Below are positions 63,808 to 64,000 of a stretch of 64,000 nucleotides of DNA, piece after piece (position 1 is the stretch's first letter; each line of letters starts with the position of its first letter). Below the pieces are notes generated by a model that searched no databases, had not been told where the DNA came from, and saw nothing but the letters and a program-made list of their open reading frames with translations. Made by a program: the position numbers and the translations under genes. Origin of the DNA: Eledone cirrhosa (taxonomy: Eukaryota); the NCBI GenBank assembly GCA_964016885.1, contig OZ024765.1, forward strand, positions 14,570,001-14,634,000, given 5' to 3'.

Positions 63808-64000
63808 TCATGTATGTATGTCGGAGTTGACAGGTTCAGTAGTTCAGAGACAAAATATATAAATATATAAATATATATACACATCTATATTGCTATATAT
63901 TATATATATGAATAATATGACATATACACGCACACACACACACATATAAACATATACATACGTATATATATCTCTCTCTCTCTATATATATATATATATA

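Overview
Eukaryotic, extremely AT-rich, mostly non-coding DNA. The SINE families and the huge (TA)n/(TATG)n load suggest a coleoid cephalopod such as Octopus (inference). Almost all six-frame ORFs are microsatellite read-through artefacts. Most non-microsatellite islands between the (TA)n tracts are 3'-terminal fragments of roughly 20 sequence-distinct families of Penelope-like retroelements (PLEs). Each carries a type I hammerhead ribozyme (HHR) motif: CUGANGA...GAAA...NUH, usually with a palindromic mini stem III. Many are arranged as head-to-head fold-backs whose tails run into (TA)n. One copy retains the end of a GIY-YIG endonuclease ORF, which anchors the PLE call. At least six otherwise unrelated families share a second element downstream of the ribozyme, a (T)ACTC-[variable hairpin]-(T)TGAGTRC stem, which I do not recognise. 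Two units look like retrozyme-like partial tandems, one with a retained intron. Also present: an RTE RT fragment, an RTE-derived 123-bp tandem array, RTE-derived non-autonomous elements with (ATGT)n tails, a Tx1/L1 3' end, tRNA-derived SINEs, two Tc1/mariner-type MITEs, a nested Helitron, minisatellites, and a probable host promoter (E2F/E-box/CCAAT/CHR) at about 38.5 kb with a candidate first exon. All structures were folded by eye; family letters are my own labels and element boundaries are approximate.
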